Positions 1 through 43,356 are shown, counted from the first letter of the stretch. The stretch is 64,000 nt of DNA from Amoebidium appalachense (GCA_963693365.1 CAVNZM010000004.1:11622468-11686467); one strand, 5' to 3'. The notes: generated from the sequence alone by a model not told the origin. Numbers and translations: made by a program.

Positions 1-981
1 CATCAGTACACTAGCAGCACACATGGCACCACAGCCCTCTCAACATTACGTAACATCTATCTAAGGTCGTGTGCATGTGTTTTTGCTAACATATGCAGCA
101 CACCCAACCAATCAAATGCCATGGTGCTGGTATGATGTCCCCATACCAGAGACTCGTTTCCCAGTGGCTGGGTCCTTGCATTCATGAACTTCACCTTTCA
201 AACCCTGCTTTACAAGCATTAGTCATTCCTGACTGCTTGCACCGTGCGGACACAAGGAAAGACCCCGCCACCCCCCCCCCCCCCCCCCCCCCTCCCCTCC
301 CCTTCCCCACCACACACCCACCGAAAAGTCTTCAGTTCCCTTATATGGCAAATGGCACAGGAATTCTAGGTTGAAACTGCACCGATCGAAAACGATATAA
401 CCAGACTCCTATGGTACACAAGAACAAGGCTAAGGACTTTATACACGCCCGCCACTTAATGAAATCTTTCTGCACCTTCCATTTTAGGCTATATGGATTA
501 TCCCCAAATTCGGCCGTGATCAGAGGACGTGACCAGAATGAATCCCGTAAGAAGCAGGTGTCGATACCACTGACTGCTCATATCTGTGTATCTCCCCCAA
601 TTTCTGTGGGATACACTCGGCGTGTGCATACTGGGCTAATGGCACCGGCCTGATTGGTACCGAGAATGGGCATTGGCGCAATATGCTGAGATATACGGTG
701 ATATACAGCCGTGGGACGGACTTGGGATGTTGATGCAGAGACGCATCTGCACGTGTGGAGCTCTTATCGTGGCCTGCAATGCAGCAACCGCGTCAGTAGC
801 AAACCTCAGAGTGCAGACATACAAATGGGCAAATAGATGCCGGGGACATTCAAATTGCCAGAATACAAACGCCCGTAGGGAGAGCAAGGGGGGCCCGTTG
901 CTGTGATCAAAGCACACGGCCACACCACCGATCATTGTTTGTTTTGTGGGTGGAGTGACAGTTGGGTGGTTGGGTGGTTTT

Positions 982-1029
<48 letters not shown>

Positions 1030-1348
1030 TTTTTTTTTCTTTTTTCTTTTCTTTTTTTTTTTTTTTTTTGGGGGGGGGGGGGCGGGAGGTTGTGGTTATA
1101 GAAACGGAGAGAAGGATAATGAATGCACAAAAGCCAAACAGCGAATACCTTCATACACCACACACACACACACACACACAAACAGGCAGGCAGGCAGACC
1201 CAGACACATGAAAGAACACAGGTACCCGTGCAACAACATGGAGCACATATCCATACCCACAGCACACACGACCAACAGAGAGGAAGGACGAAAGAGGATG
1301 ACGGTGTGGTGTGGTGGGTGGTGGTGGCGGGGGCGGCGGTTGTGGGGT

Positions 1349-1410
<62 letters not shown>

Positions 1411-1412
<2 letters not shown>

Positions 1413-1487
1413 TGAATGCGTCAAAAAGTACGAAGTACACAAGAACAAACGGATAACACGATGCAGAATGCAAGCCATACATAAAGA
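1411..1487 (-). mobile_element. 5'-truncated subfamily-A fragment
   Basis: 77 nt identical to the 3' end of the 21205 copy; G-runs on both sides on +. Confidence 0.85.
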
Positions 1488-2349
1488 TAGGGGGGAGGGT
1501 GCAGCATGAAAGACACCACCAGACGAACAAACATGCCGAGACATAATGTACGTTGGGGAGTGCATACCTCTTTGACTCGCCTTCGTAACTGGATGGACCC
1601 AGACGAAGCACCCCGGGCTGGCCCTATCAATCCAACCCCACATGTGAGAAATCATGCAAGTGTGAATGTTTTTCTCTCATACTACCATGTTGCACGTGCT
1701 GTGACTTCATGCCAACCTTACAAACATAACATGAACACAGCCGATGTTGGGCAGGCAGAGGTGTTTCTGTTCACGTTGATGCAACACATGCATGATGCCA
1801 GTTTCCCTCTCTCTCTGTCGTTTTGTTTGATGTTTTTAAAGTGCATGGCCCAATCGGTATTGTGAGTGCCCTGTGCCACAGGGCAGAAGCACAGCATGAT
1901 GGAATGCCGGGCAGGCAAAAGCTCTGCAGTCACACTAAAAACAACATATGTTGCTCTCTTCTTATGTCCCTTTATGCACATCCCCCCCCCCCCCCCCCCC
2001 CCCATCCCCCTCCCTCCCTCCCCTCCCTCCCCCCCCAACCCGTTCTCCCTTCCATTTCACTTCCCCACCCTCCCCCCCCCCTTTTTCCTCCTGCCCTTTC
2101 GGCCCCATCATAATCCCTTTTATTTGGTGTTCCCTCTCTCTTCTTTTTGGCAAGGAAAAAAGGTGGGGTAGAGGAGGGGGGCGGGTGTGGGGTGTGGGGA
2201 ATAGGGGTGGGGTTGGGGGAGGGGAGGGGAGGGGGGGGGGGGGGGGGGAGAGGGGAAGGGGGGGGGGGGGGAGAGGAAAGGGGGGGGGGGGGGGGGGAGA
2301 GGAAGGGGGGGGGGGGGGGAGGGGGGGGCTTGTTCACTAGGAATTTAAA

Positions 2350-2600
2350 TTTCATCTTATATCCTGATGAAAGCTTCTAATAAGAGTAGAGTACTTGCAC
2401 CTACTCTTACAAGCATGCTTTCCTATTCTTAGAGTTCTATAGTAAAAAATTTTTCATTACATTTAAGATTTTTATTAAATCCATAAATTCAAATTTATGA
2501 TTTGCTAAATTTCCAAAATTTTGATTTTGACGATTTTCTGGATTTAGGATTTTTATTTTCATCTTATATCCTGACGGAACCTTGGAATAAGAGTAGAGTA
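2350..2600. repeat. AT-rich island bounded by ~44-nt direct repeats (2350-2393 and 2557-2600)
   Basis: TTTCATCTTATATCCTGA(TGAAAGCTTCT/CGGAACCTTGG)AATAAGAGTAGAGTA occurs twice. A 9-bp inverted repeat TAAGAGTAG/CTACTCTTA lies at 2381-2409. Confidence 0.75.
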
Positions 2601-2607
2601 GAGAGAA

Positions 2608-31739
<29,132 letters not shown>

Positions 31740-32017
31740 AACCTCCCCTCCGGCCCCGCTCCCGCCCTCACCTTCAAATAATGGGCTATGATGACGATGT
31801 TATTAGACAAAGCAATAAAAAACATAGGATATTCATCCCATCCAACTCAACTCCACCCCTGCTCACATTTTCCCCTTCCCGCTTGTTCTTCTCTCCCTCT
31901 CCCACTCCCTCCATGTCTATCTCCCCCCCCTCACTCGCTCTCTTTCCCCTCACCGCCCCCTCCCCACCTCTCTCTCTCCCTCTCCCCCCCCCCTCCCCCC
32001 CCTCCCCCTTTTTCTCT

Positions 32018-32107
<90 letters not shown>

Positions 32108-33576
32108 CCCCCCTCCCTCCCTCCCTCCCTCCCTCCCTCCTTCCCCCCCTCTCCCTCCCTCGTTCAGCAAACACCGCCGCCTGTCTTTTCGCCGGCGCGC
32201 TTTCATCACAAAGCCGTCGCTCTCTCCCTCCAGCTGCAGCTTTTAGGTCGTCACAGAATGGCCCACAGCCCCCTTTCGCCCACCTACCATTAATCAACTC
32301 CCGCCAACCTCAAGTGTCCCACGGTCCTATAACCACTAATCCTACTACCTAGAATATACGTGATGGTTACCCCACCCACCACACTCCTCTGCATGTGTTC
32401 GTCACAGAATGTCTCACAACCCCCTTTCTCACATCTATCCATCCCCTGAACACCCCAACAACCCCACATCCCTATAACCACGCCTCCTGCTGGCAAATGT
32501 CTGCTTGTAAACCTACCACTGCTCATGTTTGCGCACGATGCTCTCGTAGCTCAAAAACCTTCATATAGCCTCATATATGTAGATTCTCGAATTCCTGAAC
32601 CGTTCCGTGTGCTAGCCACTGGGTCCAACGTGCACATCAGTCTCGGTCGGACTTGCTCAGCCTGAGTTGTTCAACCCAAGCGCGCGCTGCATTCTTCATG
32701 GATTGTTTGCGTAAACGTTATCCAGTCAGAAATCGCCTGCCTTTTCGCGGTTACATTCCACCGTCATCTCCCAGATTCCATGTATGTACACTCCAACTGT
32801 ACAGTGTCACGGCCCTCTGAAGTGTACACCAAGTTCGTAGCTGTGCAATTATTGATTGGCAGTGTCAGTACTGACCTGCTGCATATGTTTTGAAATAAAA
32901 ATGAAACAAAATCAAAGCGTACAATACCAAAAACACCGAAAAGTTAAAAACAAAAAGTGCACACCAACATCAAGCGAAAACCCGGGAGACCAAGTAGGAC
33001 GATCAGGATCTGCGTTCACTGATTGGTCCCAACAGGCTGACGTCCTGGGGCACGGGTAGAGGTGGGCAAAACTCATCAACGGTGGGTTAGGAAATGTTGT
33101 TGTTTTTCAAAGTTCAATTGGAAAGCTTCTATAAAGCAGCTTACATATTACCTATTTTTTTGAATGGCTGAGAAGAAAAAGTGTGAGAAGAGTTACGCTA
33201 TGTAATCTGATAGAAATACAGTGTGTTTATACTGGCCCTGTGATATTCTTTATTGGATTTGCCGCGCTCCTGCAAGCTTGGGCTTTCACAGGTATATAAA
33301 GGCTGACATTTAAATCACTTGTCACATCACACACCACACACATGAAACGACAGTCATGTGCACACCATAATAAACTCTTTCCGCCTAGCTGTGTCTGTAA
33401 AAGCGACATACATGTAAAATTCTTCTCTTGCTTCATCTCTTTCTTTGTTTTTTTCTTGATTACCTTTTCAACCATAGTATCTGGAAGGGAAGCCGGGTAT
33501 TACAAGGTTGTTCTTATCGCCAGTTTGATGCCCTACGGGCACCTACATCCGAATTTGTTTCTCACACCCTGCAAAC

Positions 33577-34179
33577 ATGGCCCATACACACAAAGCCAAG
33601 CCTAATCTCACTCTTCCCTCAGCCCCAACCACTCTCCCCATCGACCGAGACTACATCCCCTCTGACCCTCCTCCAGTTTCCACCCCCACCGTTACCAGCC
33701 TGCCACCCACCCCTGCCTGGGCCCAACATGTTGACTTCGGTGTGGAGTGGGAGAACAACCCACCCTCCCCCCCTGCCTCTCCCATGATCCCATCCCGTAC
33801 TCTACGCATAGGCTTCATCGGTGCGGGGGGCATCAACTTTGGTGGGGCGGAGGGGCCGTGGGACCATGCAAGTCGTCTGGAGCGAGTGCCCGAGGTGGAG
33901 TTTTCTGCTGTGGTGGATCTGAACTTGGCATTGGCGCAGAAACGCATTGACGAGAGACGTGACCCGGCACGTGTGATGAACGGTGTGACTATGGAGACTA
34001 CTTCTCGCTGGTCGAACACTCAGGTAATGAGGATCCTAACTAACCCTCTTTTTTTGGTTTGCTTGTATGGATTTTATTTGCACGCGATTGGCCAACTGTC
34101 CTGTACGATCATCCGGGGTTAATTGTTTTTCCCCCAATTCACATCGTTCAGAGGTGAGGGCGCCGGAAGGGGAGGTTGG

Positions 34180-34216
<37 letters not shown>

Positions 34217-34679
34217 CTCGTGAGGGATGTTATGTTTTTGTTTTTTGTCTTTTGTTTTTCACTGAGTGAAAGAATTATTTTGTGGGGGGAGGGGGGGGGG
34301 GGGGGGGGGGGTTAAACACGATTTTTCTTTCAAATGGACCCTTGTTAGGGGGGAGGGGGGGGGGGGGGGAGGGAGGGGGGTAAACACGATTTTTCTTTCA
34401 AATAAACCCTTGTTAGGCTCTGGTGCCCTCTACCCCCCTACCCCTTCTCCCTTGTATCTCACTCCGTCTCCCCCCCCCCCCCCCCCCCCCCACACACACA
34501 CACCCGTGCCTTCACATTCGCAGCTTTCCCCCTTTATTGAGTTTGGTAAAGATAATGCCCCGTTCGCCCACCTGGTTCTCACATCTTCTCAAGTGCTCTT
34601 TTCGTTTCCTTTCTTTCTGAACGTTTCCAGTCCAGGTTTTTGGTCTCCCCCCCCCCCCCCCCCCCCCCCCCCTTTTTTT

Positions 34680-34718
<39 letters not shown>

Positions 34719-35607
34719 AGATGTGCAAGAGTTGTGTTTTGACTCAAATATCATTTCCTTTCGTTTGTTTTTGTGTATGTGTGCCTGTGTGTGCGAGTGT
34801 GTGGAAGGGCCCATGAGCGTCTTTGTATGCTTTGCATGTGCACGGACGGTGCTCGTGCCTGTGCATGTGCCGCTGCAAATGTGGCGTGCGAGTGCTTGGT
34901 TGCATGCATGTGTGCGCGTTTGTGTGTGCTTAGTTCAATTGCTTACCGCCAATTACATACACCACGTACACAGGCGTTCTCCAACTACATCGACATGCTC
35001 AACTCACCCGCCTGCCCCGATGCCGTTTTCATCGGTCTTCCTCCCGCTTTCCACGGTGCTCTGACCGGTCCTGCAGCCGTGGAACTCGAGTGTGCGCGGA
35101 GGGGTGTCCACGTTTTCGTCGAAAAACCCATCAGTATTCGTCCTGTGGATGAAGTTGAAGCACTTGAGGGGGAACTTCGCAGACTGCAAACTGAAAAGGG
35201 GGTGATTGTAGGTGTGGGCTACATGCTTCGCTACTCCCCAGCCGTGGACACTGCTGTGCAGATTCTCAAGGAGGAGAGAGTCCAACCATCTGCAATTTTG
35301 GCGCGATACAACTGCGCGTACAGCAACATCTCCAAGTCTGATTGGTGGGATCTGCGCCGATCGGGTGGGCCGGTGGTAGAGCAGGCCACACATTTTGTCG
35401 ATCTGATGCGTCTGTTTGGTGGCCAGGTGGACGTGGAGTCTGTGCAGAGTATGTGTGTGGGCCCTGCCTCGGACCTGGGCAAACTCACAGACGTGCCTGC
35501 TGCCCCTGGTGGTGAGCACAATGTGGCCCCTGAGTTCCGCATCAACAGGGTCTCCAGCGCACAGTTCCGGTATGTGTATTTGACCCCCCCCCCCCCCCCC
35601 CCCCTCC

Positions 35608-35652
<45 letters not shown>

Positions 35653-36734
35653 AATTAACCCCACCCAACCCTTCCCATGCACGGTTTGATGTTCTCTCCT
35701 CCCATCGCCCCCTCTCCCCCCTTCCCCCCCGGCACCAGCTGTTTTAGCTGTCAAAAAGACACACAGGCAGAGAGCGAGGAGGTAGATAGAGGGGATGAGT
35801 TGTTTTTTGGAAGCTTTTAGCTCCGTGTCTTCCCACCCCCCTACACATGTTTTTTTTAGCTTTTAAAAGTTCCACCTGGCTTGCCCCCTTGCTGTTATCT
35901 ATTCCCCACCTCCTTTCGTTTCAATTTCTATCCTCGGGCCAAAACACCGTGCCTTTCTCTCTTTAGAGAACTCCCCCTCCACTCCCCCTCCCCCCTCTCC
36001 CCCCCCCCCCCCCCCCCCCCCCCAACATACACGCGCGGGCACGCGCACGTGCACAAATGCACCTGTGCATGTGATACATATTGTAACCCATTCACTCATT
36101 CACTCACTGTCCAGCTAAACGGCCATCCCAGCTGGTAAAGAACAATTGTCCATTGTTTAATATGAAGTGTATGTAGCTCACCTACGTATCAACACGGCTA
36201 ACGCTAAAAAACAACCCCTGCCCCCTCCCCTCCTCTTCCCCCCTCCCCCCTTATACACACACAAACACGCGCACACACGCGCACACACTCACTCATATAT
36301 CTCCTCCCCTCCCCCCCCCCCCTCTCCCCCTTCCCCCCCCCCTCCTGCCTCCTCAACCCCACACAAACAAACATACACAAACACTCTGCAGGTACAAGAA
36401 TGGAGGCATAGGCCAGCTGACGCATGCCCTCCTTCTTCACGGAGACGACTACGCCACCGAGCTGGAGGTTTGGGGGGATGGCCTGCGCCTCATCATCCGT
36501 GACCCGTACAACAACCCCGCCTTGTTGGTGCGCCGGCCTCACTCGGAAATTGAAGAAAACATTGCGCTTCCCTCGTTCGAGCTGTACACCCCTGCAGACA
36601 TGTATATGGTGGAGGTGGCATGTTTTGTGCATGCTATTCGCACCAAAGATACTGCGGCAGTGCGCAGCCCCTTCAAGGATGCCCTTGAGACTTACCGCCT
36701 GACCAAGATTATTACGGATCGTGCTGCGTGCTGA
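33577..36734 (+). CDS. Gfo/Idh/MocA-family NAD(P)-dependent oxidoreductase, 3 exons (33577-34023, 34974-35569, 36392-36734)
   Basis: Rossmann motif RIGFIGAGGINFGGAEGPWDH, the HVFVEKP motif, VGVGYMLRY and SGGPVVEQATHFVDL. GT-AG junctions keep the frame through to TGA at 36734. Confidence 0.9.
34313..34417. repeat. 37-bp direct duplication separated by a G-tract
   Basis: TAAACACGATTTTTCTTTCAAAT(GG/AA)ACCCTTGTTAGG at 34313-34349 and 34381-34417. Confidence 0.85.
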
Positions 36735-37724
36735 TTGGTTGATTTGGGTGCAATCCAGAGGTTATGAAAGGTGTTGGTTGTTTCGTAGAAGTAAGTGATT
36801 CGTCGGTTTGTTTGTTCTCTTCGAAAGTTGGTTGTTAGTATTGCCCGGTGGCGTCGTTTTTAGTTTTAAATCTTCTGACATGCTATGGATTAAGGGTAGC
36901 CGGAAATGAAAATGAGTGAAATTACCGCTGTATTTTGATTGGGCACCTCTTCCTTTGCCACATTCATATATAACTCATCGTTTTTGTTTTTTTTGGGGTG
37001 TGCACCCTACAAATCATAATTCCTTTTTTTACAGTTTATCAAAGTTGAATAGCCAAACATCCCCTTTAGAAGATCCAAAGATGTTATGAATTTCAGCAGT
37101 GCTTTATACGCTGAGTCATTCTTGATCATTATCGATTGTATGTGGTGCTTCTGGATATAGTACCGGATAAACGTAATCACTGATGAAACATATGAGCGTG
37201 AAATGATGATTGCTATGTATCAGCCTGCTGCCCCATGTTGACCGTCCCTTGGTCTACCAAAGCTTCCCCCCTTCCCCCCTTTCCCCCCATCCCCCCCCCC
37301 CCGTTTCTTTCCCCTCATCCCTACACTCTCCCACCCACCGGGCCACCCACCTCCAGCTCCTACCCACTCCCTATCTACACACTCATCCAGCCACCCCGGC
37401 TTGGAAAGATTACATGTCGTGTGCACATGTTGCCGCCGATCGAGGCTCCTGGCCTACACCAGATGTACATGCATTGTTAGTTACTCTTGTGCCTTTCTTT
37501 ATTCGGCACTCCTAGCTTGTCCTCTTATTGATTATCACAAATCATGCTCTAATACTCCCCCCCCCCCCTCCCCCCTTTCCCCTCCCCCCCCCCCCTCCCC
37601 CCCCTCCCCCCCCCCCCCCCCCCCCCCTTTTCGTCCCATGTCCTCTAATCCCCATTGCTACGTTACATCCCGTCGTTCATGTTGAGTGTGCAAAGGCCGG
37701 TGCGTTAGCCACGGTACCTGCAGT

Positions 37725-37815
<91 letters not shown>

Positions 37816-38043
37816 GGGGGCGATGGGGGGGGGGGGGGGGGGCCTACAATATTCTACTTAGGTTCGATTAATTAATTATGAAGGATAGCCACCAAGAGTT
37901 AGAACAGGCAGCCAAAGACCTCTCTTTCATTTCGTTGCCACCACACACCGGTGTGCATGAATCTGGTGTCCGTTCAGCTTATCAATCCCCCTCCCTCCCC
38001 CCCCCCCCCCCCCCCCCCCCCCAATAAACCCCCAACCCCCCCT

Positions 38044-38074
<31 letters not shown>

Positions 38075-38372
38075 AACCCCATCCCCGGCGCCGTTCGAAT
38101 TCCTCACTGACAGCCCGCCTTCTCTCCCCTCTCTCCCCCAACCTGTTATAATCTTCCGGCTACTTGTTTCAGGGAATTTTTATCCCCAGTCCCCAGGTAC
38201 CGGTACAAAAATCGTTGTCCCTTAGGATCCTCGTTAAATCCATCCCCCCCCCCCCCCCCCCCCCCCCGGTGTTTTATATGATGGTGAGATGAAGTACTTG
38301 GTTCCGGTATATAATCCTGGCAACACAATTGAGGAATAATTTCTGATTTGAACTAAAGGCAGGAAGGTTTTC

Positions 38373-38407
<35 letters not shown>

Positions 38408-39418
38408 CCCACCCCCACCCCCACACAAACTCACACACAAACGGCCACCACTACGGTGACCACCCGGTCACTTGAATCACCACTGCCGTGGTATGCCTAT
38501 GTAAGCTTCAAACATCGAGGGTCAGGGCACTTTTAGGAAAGGGAAAGTGAGTGATGTACATATGCACGTGTGTGCAGTTGTACGTATGTGTGTGTGTCTG
38601 TAACAGGTCCTTCCTTACGCGCTACTTGATAATGATAAGCAATAAATGGCCTGGGAGATCTTGGCTTGTATATACGTGTGTGTGTGTAAGCGTCCATGTG
38701 AGAGTTTTACAAAATACCTGTGTATGCCATGTGTACATATTTGTGTGTGTGCACGTGTGCACGTGTGCACGTGTGTGTGTGTGTGTGTGTGTGCGTGAGC
38801 GCGCGCTTGTGCGTATGTGCGTGTGCGTGTATGCATATTTGCGCATACACGGGCGTGTATACGTATGTGTGTGTGTATATCTTTGTGTGTGCCCGCGTGT
38901 GTGTATGTGTGCACTTGGTGAATGTGCATGCCTGTGAACGTACGTCTATGTGGGTGTGTGGCGTTTGTGTGTGTTTGCAGGTTGATTCTGCATGTGCATT
39001 GCGTGACGGTGGGCACATCCATTCGTGCGGCTAGGCCCACACCAGGTCCCATCATGGCATAAGGTTCATGTGTGCGTTCCCACACCAATGTATTTTTATC
39101 ACATACTAAAGATCCCATCTGGGGGACACAACTATGTTATCTTTGTAACTTCTACAACATACTTTTCTTTCACATTTCGCTCCCGAGGACTTTAACATTT
39201 GCCGGGGCAGGGTCCAGCCCTCGCATTCATAATCCGTGCTGCAAAACACGGGAAATATGCATACGTAGAAAAAAAAACACTTTCGAGATAAAGTCAAGGC
39301 TTATCTACACAATTTCGTATCTTTGTCGCTATCACAGTTTGAGGGTTGTGGTGTCATGCCTCAGTTTGGGTGACCGTCCGTGAGCTCTACAGCCACCCGA
39401 ACAGGCTCGTAACGAGCT

Positions 39419-40183
39419 TTACACCCAATACCATAGCTGGTTGGTGGGCTTATAGTTCTTCTCCCCCTTGCACTTCCACTGAATGACAGGTGCGTCCCTC
39501 CTCTGGTGCAAAACATCGAGACACATGGGACCCCCTTCCATTTCAAAGTTTCCGTTCAACAGCTGCATATTCAGAAGCCCACCCGGCACCCATGCAAACG
39601 GCTTGTAGTCATCCATGCAGTTATAGAAGCTCATTCTTGCTTCTGGATCAGACGCCTTGTTTGAATCACTCACCCCTACACACTTTCCATCCACGGTCTG
39701 AAGCCGTTTAGTTTCCGGGTGAACGCAGAAGCGCACCACGCGATTGTCTGCGCATCTATGCATATACACCTCCGTCTCATTATAGATGATGCACTGCTGC
39801 CTGTGTAGATTCTGTAGCGCAAGACCCTGTTGTGGGTTATTGGGGTCACACAACGGAGGCTCCCTGATCTTCGCCTTATCAAGGTAGTCAAACATGCTAT
39901 ACGGTGTGGGTGCGGGAACGGCGCTTGGAACGGGCGCAGCGCTTGGGACGGGAACCACACTTGGGGTAGGTTGAAGTTCTTGTTTATCGCCGTTATGCAC
40001 ATTAATCGTCACTGTTACGGGTGCTTTCGCAACGAGAGCGACTAGAGAATACAGGCCAACTACCAAGATGAGAGAGGCGACTATGTGTCGCTTTCGGCAT
40101 GTTCGTTTTCCGCCTAGAGGAGGAAAGCCCGATGGTTGTCGTGTTACACCTATTATCCCGCTACTCGTTCGCGCAGCAACCAT
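39419..40183 (-). CDS. Intronless single-pass (type II) membrane protein with a C-terminal ricin-B (beta-trefoil) lectin-like domain
   Basis: 254-aa ATG-started ORF with a basic N-terminus, a hydrophobic segment (IVASLILVVGLYSLVALVA) and a Pro-rich stalk. It then has the Cys/QxW pattern of ricin-B subdomains (GKCVGV, MCLDV...VIQWKC...TNQLW). Confidence 0.7.
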   Translation of the reverse strand: MVAARTSSGIIGVTRQPSGFPPLGGKRTCRKRHIVASLILVVGLYSLVALVAKAPVTVTINVHNGDKQELQPTPSVVPVPSAAPVPSAVPAPTPYSMFDYLDKAKIREPPLCDPNNPQQGLALQNLHRQQCIIYNETEVYMHRCADNRVVRFCVHPETKRLQTVDGKCVGVSDSNKASDPEARMSFYNCMDDYKPFAWVPGGLLNMQLLNGNFEMEGGPMCLDVLHQRRDAPVIQWKCKGEKNYKPTNQLWYWV

Positions 40184-42043
40184 TCTCAGTTTGTGTGTAC
40201 TAATGAACCGTGCTAAATAAGGTTTATAGAATGAGATAAGGTTTATAGACAGCTAACCTAACGAGAGTGTGTTTTGTTTGCTGTCGGTGCACGCCCTGCA
40301 AGGACCTACAACCGTGTGGTCCGCAACATGAAAATCTTTTACCGAGATCCAAGTTAATGGCTTACAAATTGAGAACTCAAGCTTTGACTTATATAAATGT
40401 AAGTTAATATAAATGTAAGTTGTGCTTCTGTGCTAAGAGCGTCTTCAAAGTTTCGCACATCTTCAAGAAAACTAAAGTTCCAAAACAAGGTCCTAGTCCT
40501 ACAAAGTGTACGTGCAGCCCATGATGAGTCACTATCAAACGAAGCAGGAGTGTGAAGTAAAGGACCCTCGTTTCTGTATATAAGGCATTGATAGTTCACC
40601 AAAGATCAGAGGCCTCTGTGAAATTATAGGAGAAGAGCAAACAACATCTGGTAGTTCTTGAGATTTGTGTTTAGTAAGGTTAAATTTTATGGAGCCTTTA
40701 CATATAAAGGTATATATTGTTTATTATATTGTATATTGTACGTTGCCAAAATTTGCAGTTGTGACTTTCAAAGATCATGAATGATTATGTATAATATGTG
40801 TATGTTTACACGAACGAGGATGTTTTGATTGATCACCCACAACCTCCCTCCTATCGAGGGGGCATAATTTCCATTGATTAGATATAATTTAAGAACAGGC
40901 ATTGAGAGCCACGAAAGCACTTGATCTAAAAGTTAATACAACTAAGCTTATTTATTAAACTATATGTATATATACTACACTTTCTTTTTTTAATCTTTGT
41001 ACTGGGATCAACTATTTGAAGGTTGTCTAAAATTAGCCCCAAATTCAGAGCCCCCCGTAGACAGTAGAGCATATGGGTATGCACTATAGACTAGGTGATT
41101 GGCTTACAACTACCCTATCGTGCATGTGATTTTCGCTTACGTGACTTCCCTAATAAACGATTGAATATGGCAGTTTGAGTCGACAAATATAGATAGCCAA
41201 AATCAAAATACATGATAGATTGCGAACCAAAGGACTTCTAATAGATCTTCACAGATGATCAAAAATTTCAAAATGTCAACAATCTAATTAGAATCATGAT
41301 TGAATCAGCTCGGAGTCAAACTAAGTTTCAAAGTAAAAGCATAATATGTCTACCAGCAGCTGTGTATTTATGCCGATTTAAACCTAAAAATTTTAAAGAA
41401 AGGAAATTATTTTCTTTTTATTTCATTTCACTAAGCCCCTACAACCATGTACTTAGATATTAGTCATACGCATGTGCCTGCTTAGCCAATCACCAGGCGG
41501 TTGACATGAGAGCTTGTCGCCAGTATCAGGCTACCCCGGGGTCCCATGGCCGCGGCACATTCGACTCCGGCCGGCCAAGTCGACCCCGAAGAATTACCAC
41601 GGTTCCATTAGCGCTGCAACGCTGCGGGAAAGCGAACGAAGGTCATTTCAAAAACTGGGGCATAAGTTCCGCATGCAGATAGCGGCGCGGGTGTGGATCA
41701 GAGATAACACCAGAAATAGGGGTGCTCTTTGATGGAAAGAACTGTTGTTTGAGGGGTGTCGTTCCGTATTTGGGCTTCATAGCTTACTATACATTAGAGA
41801 TAGCTTATGTTTTTTTTGACAACAAAATAAACCGGATATATGTTCATGGGGTTTACGCTGTTTACTCGAGGCAAAGAGAACCAGTCTCAGGTATGGGGGG
41901 GGGGGGGTTTGCTCGGAATATCCCCTCAGCGGTATATCATGATCACGTACATAGATGTCGGGTGGTGACTATATATCAGGGTTTACTTTCTCTACGAGAC
42001 ACCATAAAGACTACAAGGAGAAATCAATTAGTTGGGGTTCCCC

Positions 42044-42095
<52 letters not shown>

Positions 42096-42127
42096 GGGCT
42101 CCCCTCGGGACACTCGGTATCAGCTGG

Positions 42128-42189
<62 letters not shown>

Positions 42190-43298
42190 TCATGCAATCG
42201 ATGACACCAAAGCATGCACGCTGCGCCGCGCGCGCATACACTGTCATTCATATATATGCTAATGTTCAGCCCCTGAAATGCCCAAACCTTTAAATTGAAA
42301 AACACAAAAATTTTCATTTGGGGGGGGTAAGTACACAAGCAAGTACTCCCTTCACTCGGCATGAAGTTGGCAAAGGAATCAAAACGCTGCCGCGTATATC
42401 TATCCCTTTCATACGGGCCGGTTCAGTAGTCACGGGTATACTACCGTGCAGAGACCCAAACCGTTTTAGCGACCGATTAGGTAGCTTTTTGGCCCGAAAG
42501 TCACTTTCCAAATTGGGAGCGATAACGATTTTCATTGGACAAAAGTTTCAGATCATACTACATAAGGCAGCTGCGCATGGATCTAAAGGTCACTTTTTGG
42601 GGCTAACAAGGGTTCAGCGTGTAAAACGGCGGGCCGGGCCGGGTCCGGGCCCGCGCCGCCAACATGGGAATACAAGTCCGCACATCTGCACGTGCAAACA
42701 CTTGTTGAGGCGGGTGCACAGGCGGTGGTCGGTTGCATATTTGCACTCAGTGCTGTCACTACTGCAACAGGCAACAAGGCCGAGGAAAGGTCGAGGCATA
42801 CTTTAAGAGACAAGCAATGCACATGCGGCACACGCGCGTACCGTTTGGTGTCATGCACAATCGGGAATAATTATGTGATGCATCGCGACACACCAGATTT
42901 GCGTGCTGTTGCATTGCAAGACACCCGTTAGTCTCACAACGCAAGCACGGTTTGTGTTTACGTGGTGTTTTTCGCCTCTCCCTCTCCCTTTCGGGCCGTC
43001 TCTCTCTCTTTGGCTTTCTCAGGCTATCTCTCTATCCCCCCCCCCCCCCCCCTCCCCCTCCCCCCGCCCACCCTCCCCTCTCCCTCCCCCCCCGTGCTTT
43101 CTTGCAAGGCGAACAACACACACGCACACACGCAGACGCACACTGTGACACACAAGTGCATACAGTCACACACACACACGCGCGTGCGCACACGCGTACA
43201 CACCCGCGTGTGTGCGCTTGCCAGGCAGACACAGGGACTGAAAAAAATCACAGTAACTCGCACAAACACACAAACATAGACACGTACGTGCACGACAC

Positions 43299-43356
<58 letters not shown>

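Noticed and set aside
33651-35668. Antisense ORFs overlapping the oxidoreductase (also those over ADSL, TEAD and the lectin gene)
   Set aside because: Shadow frames of GC-rich coding exons with no recognisable motifs.
40354-40602. 82-aa minus-strand ORF in the AT-rich block as a possible viral or transposon remnant
   Set aside because: Short, with a non-ATG start and no motif I can recognise.
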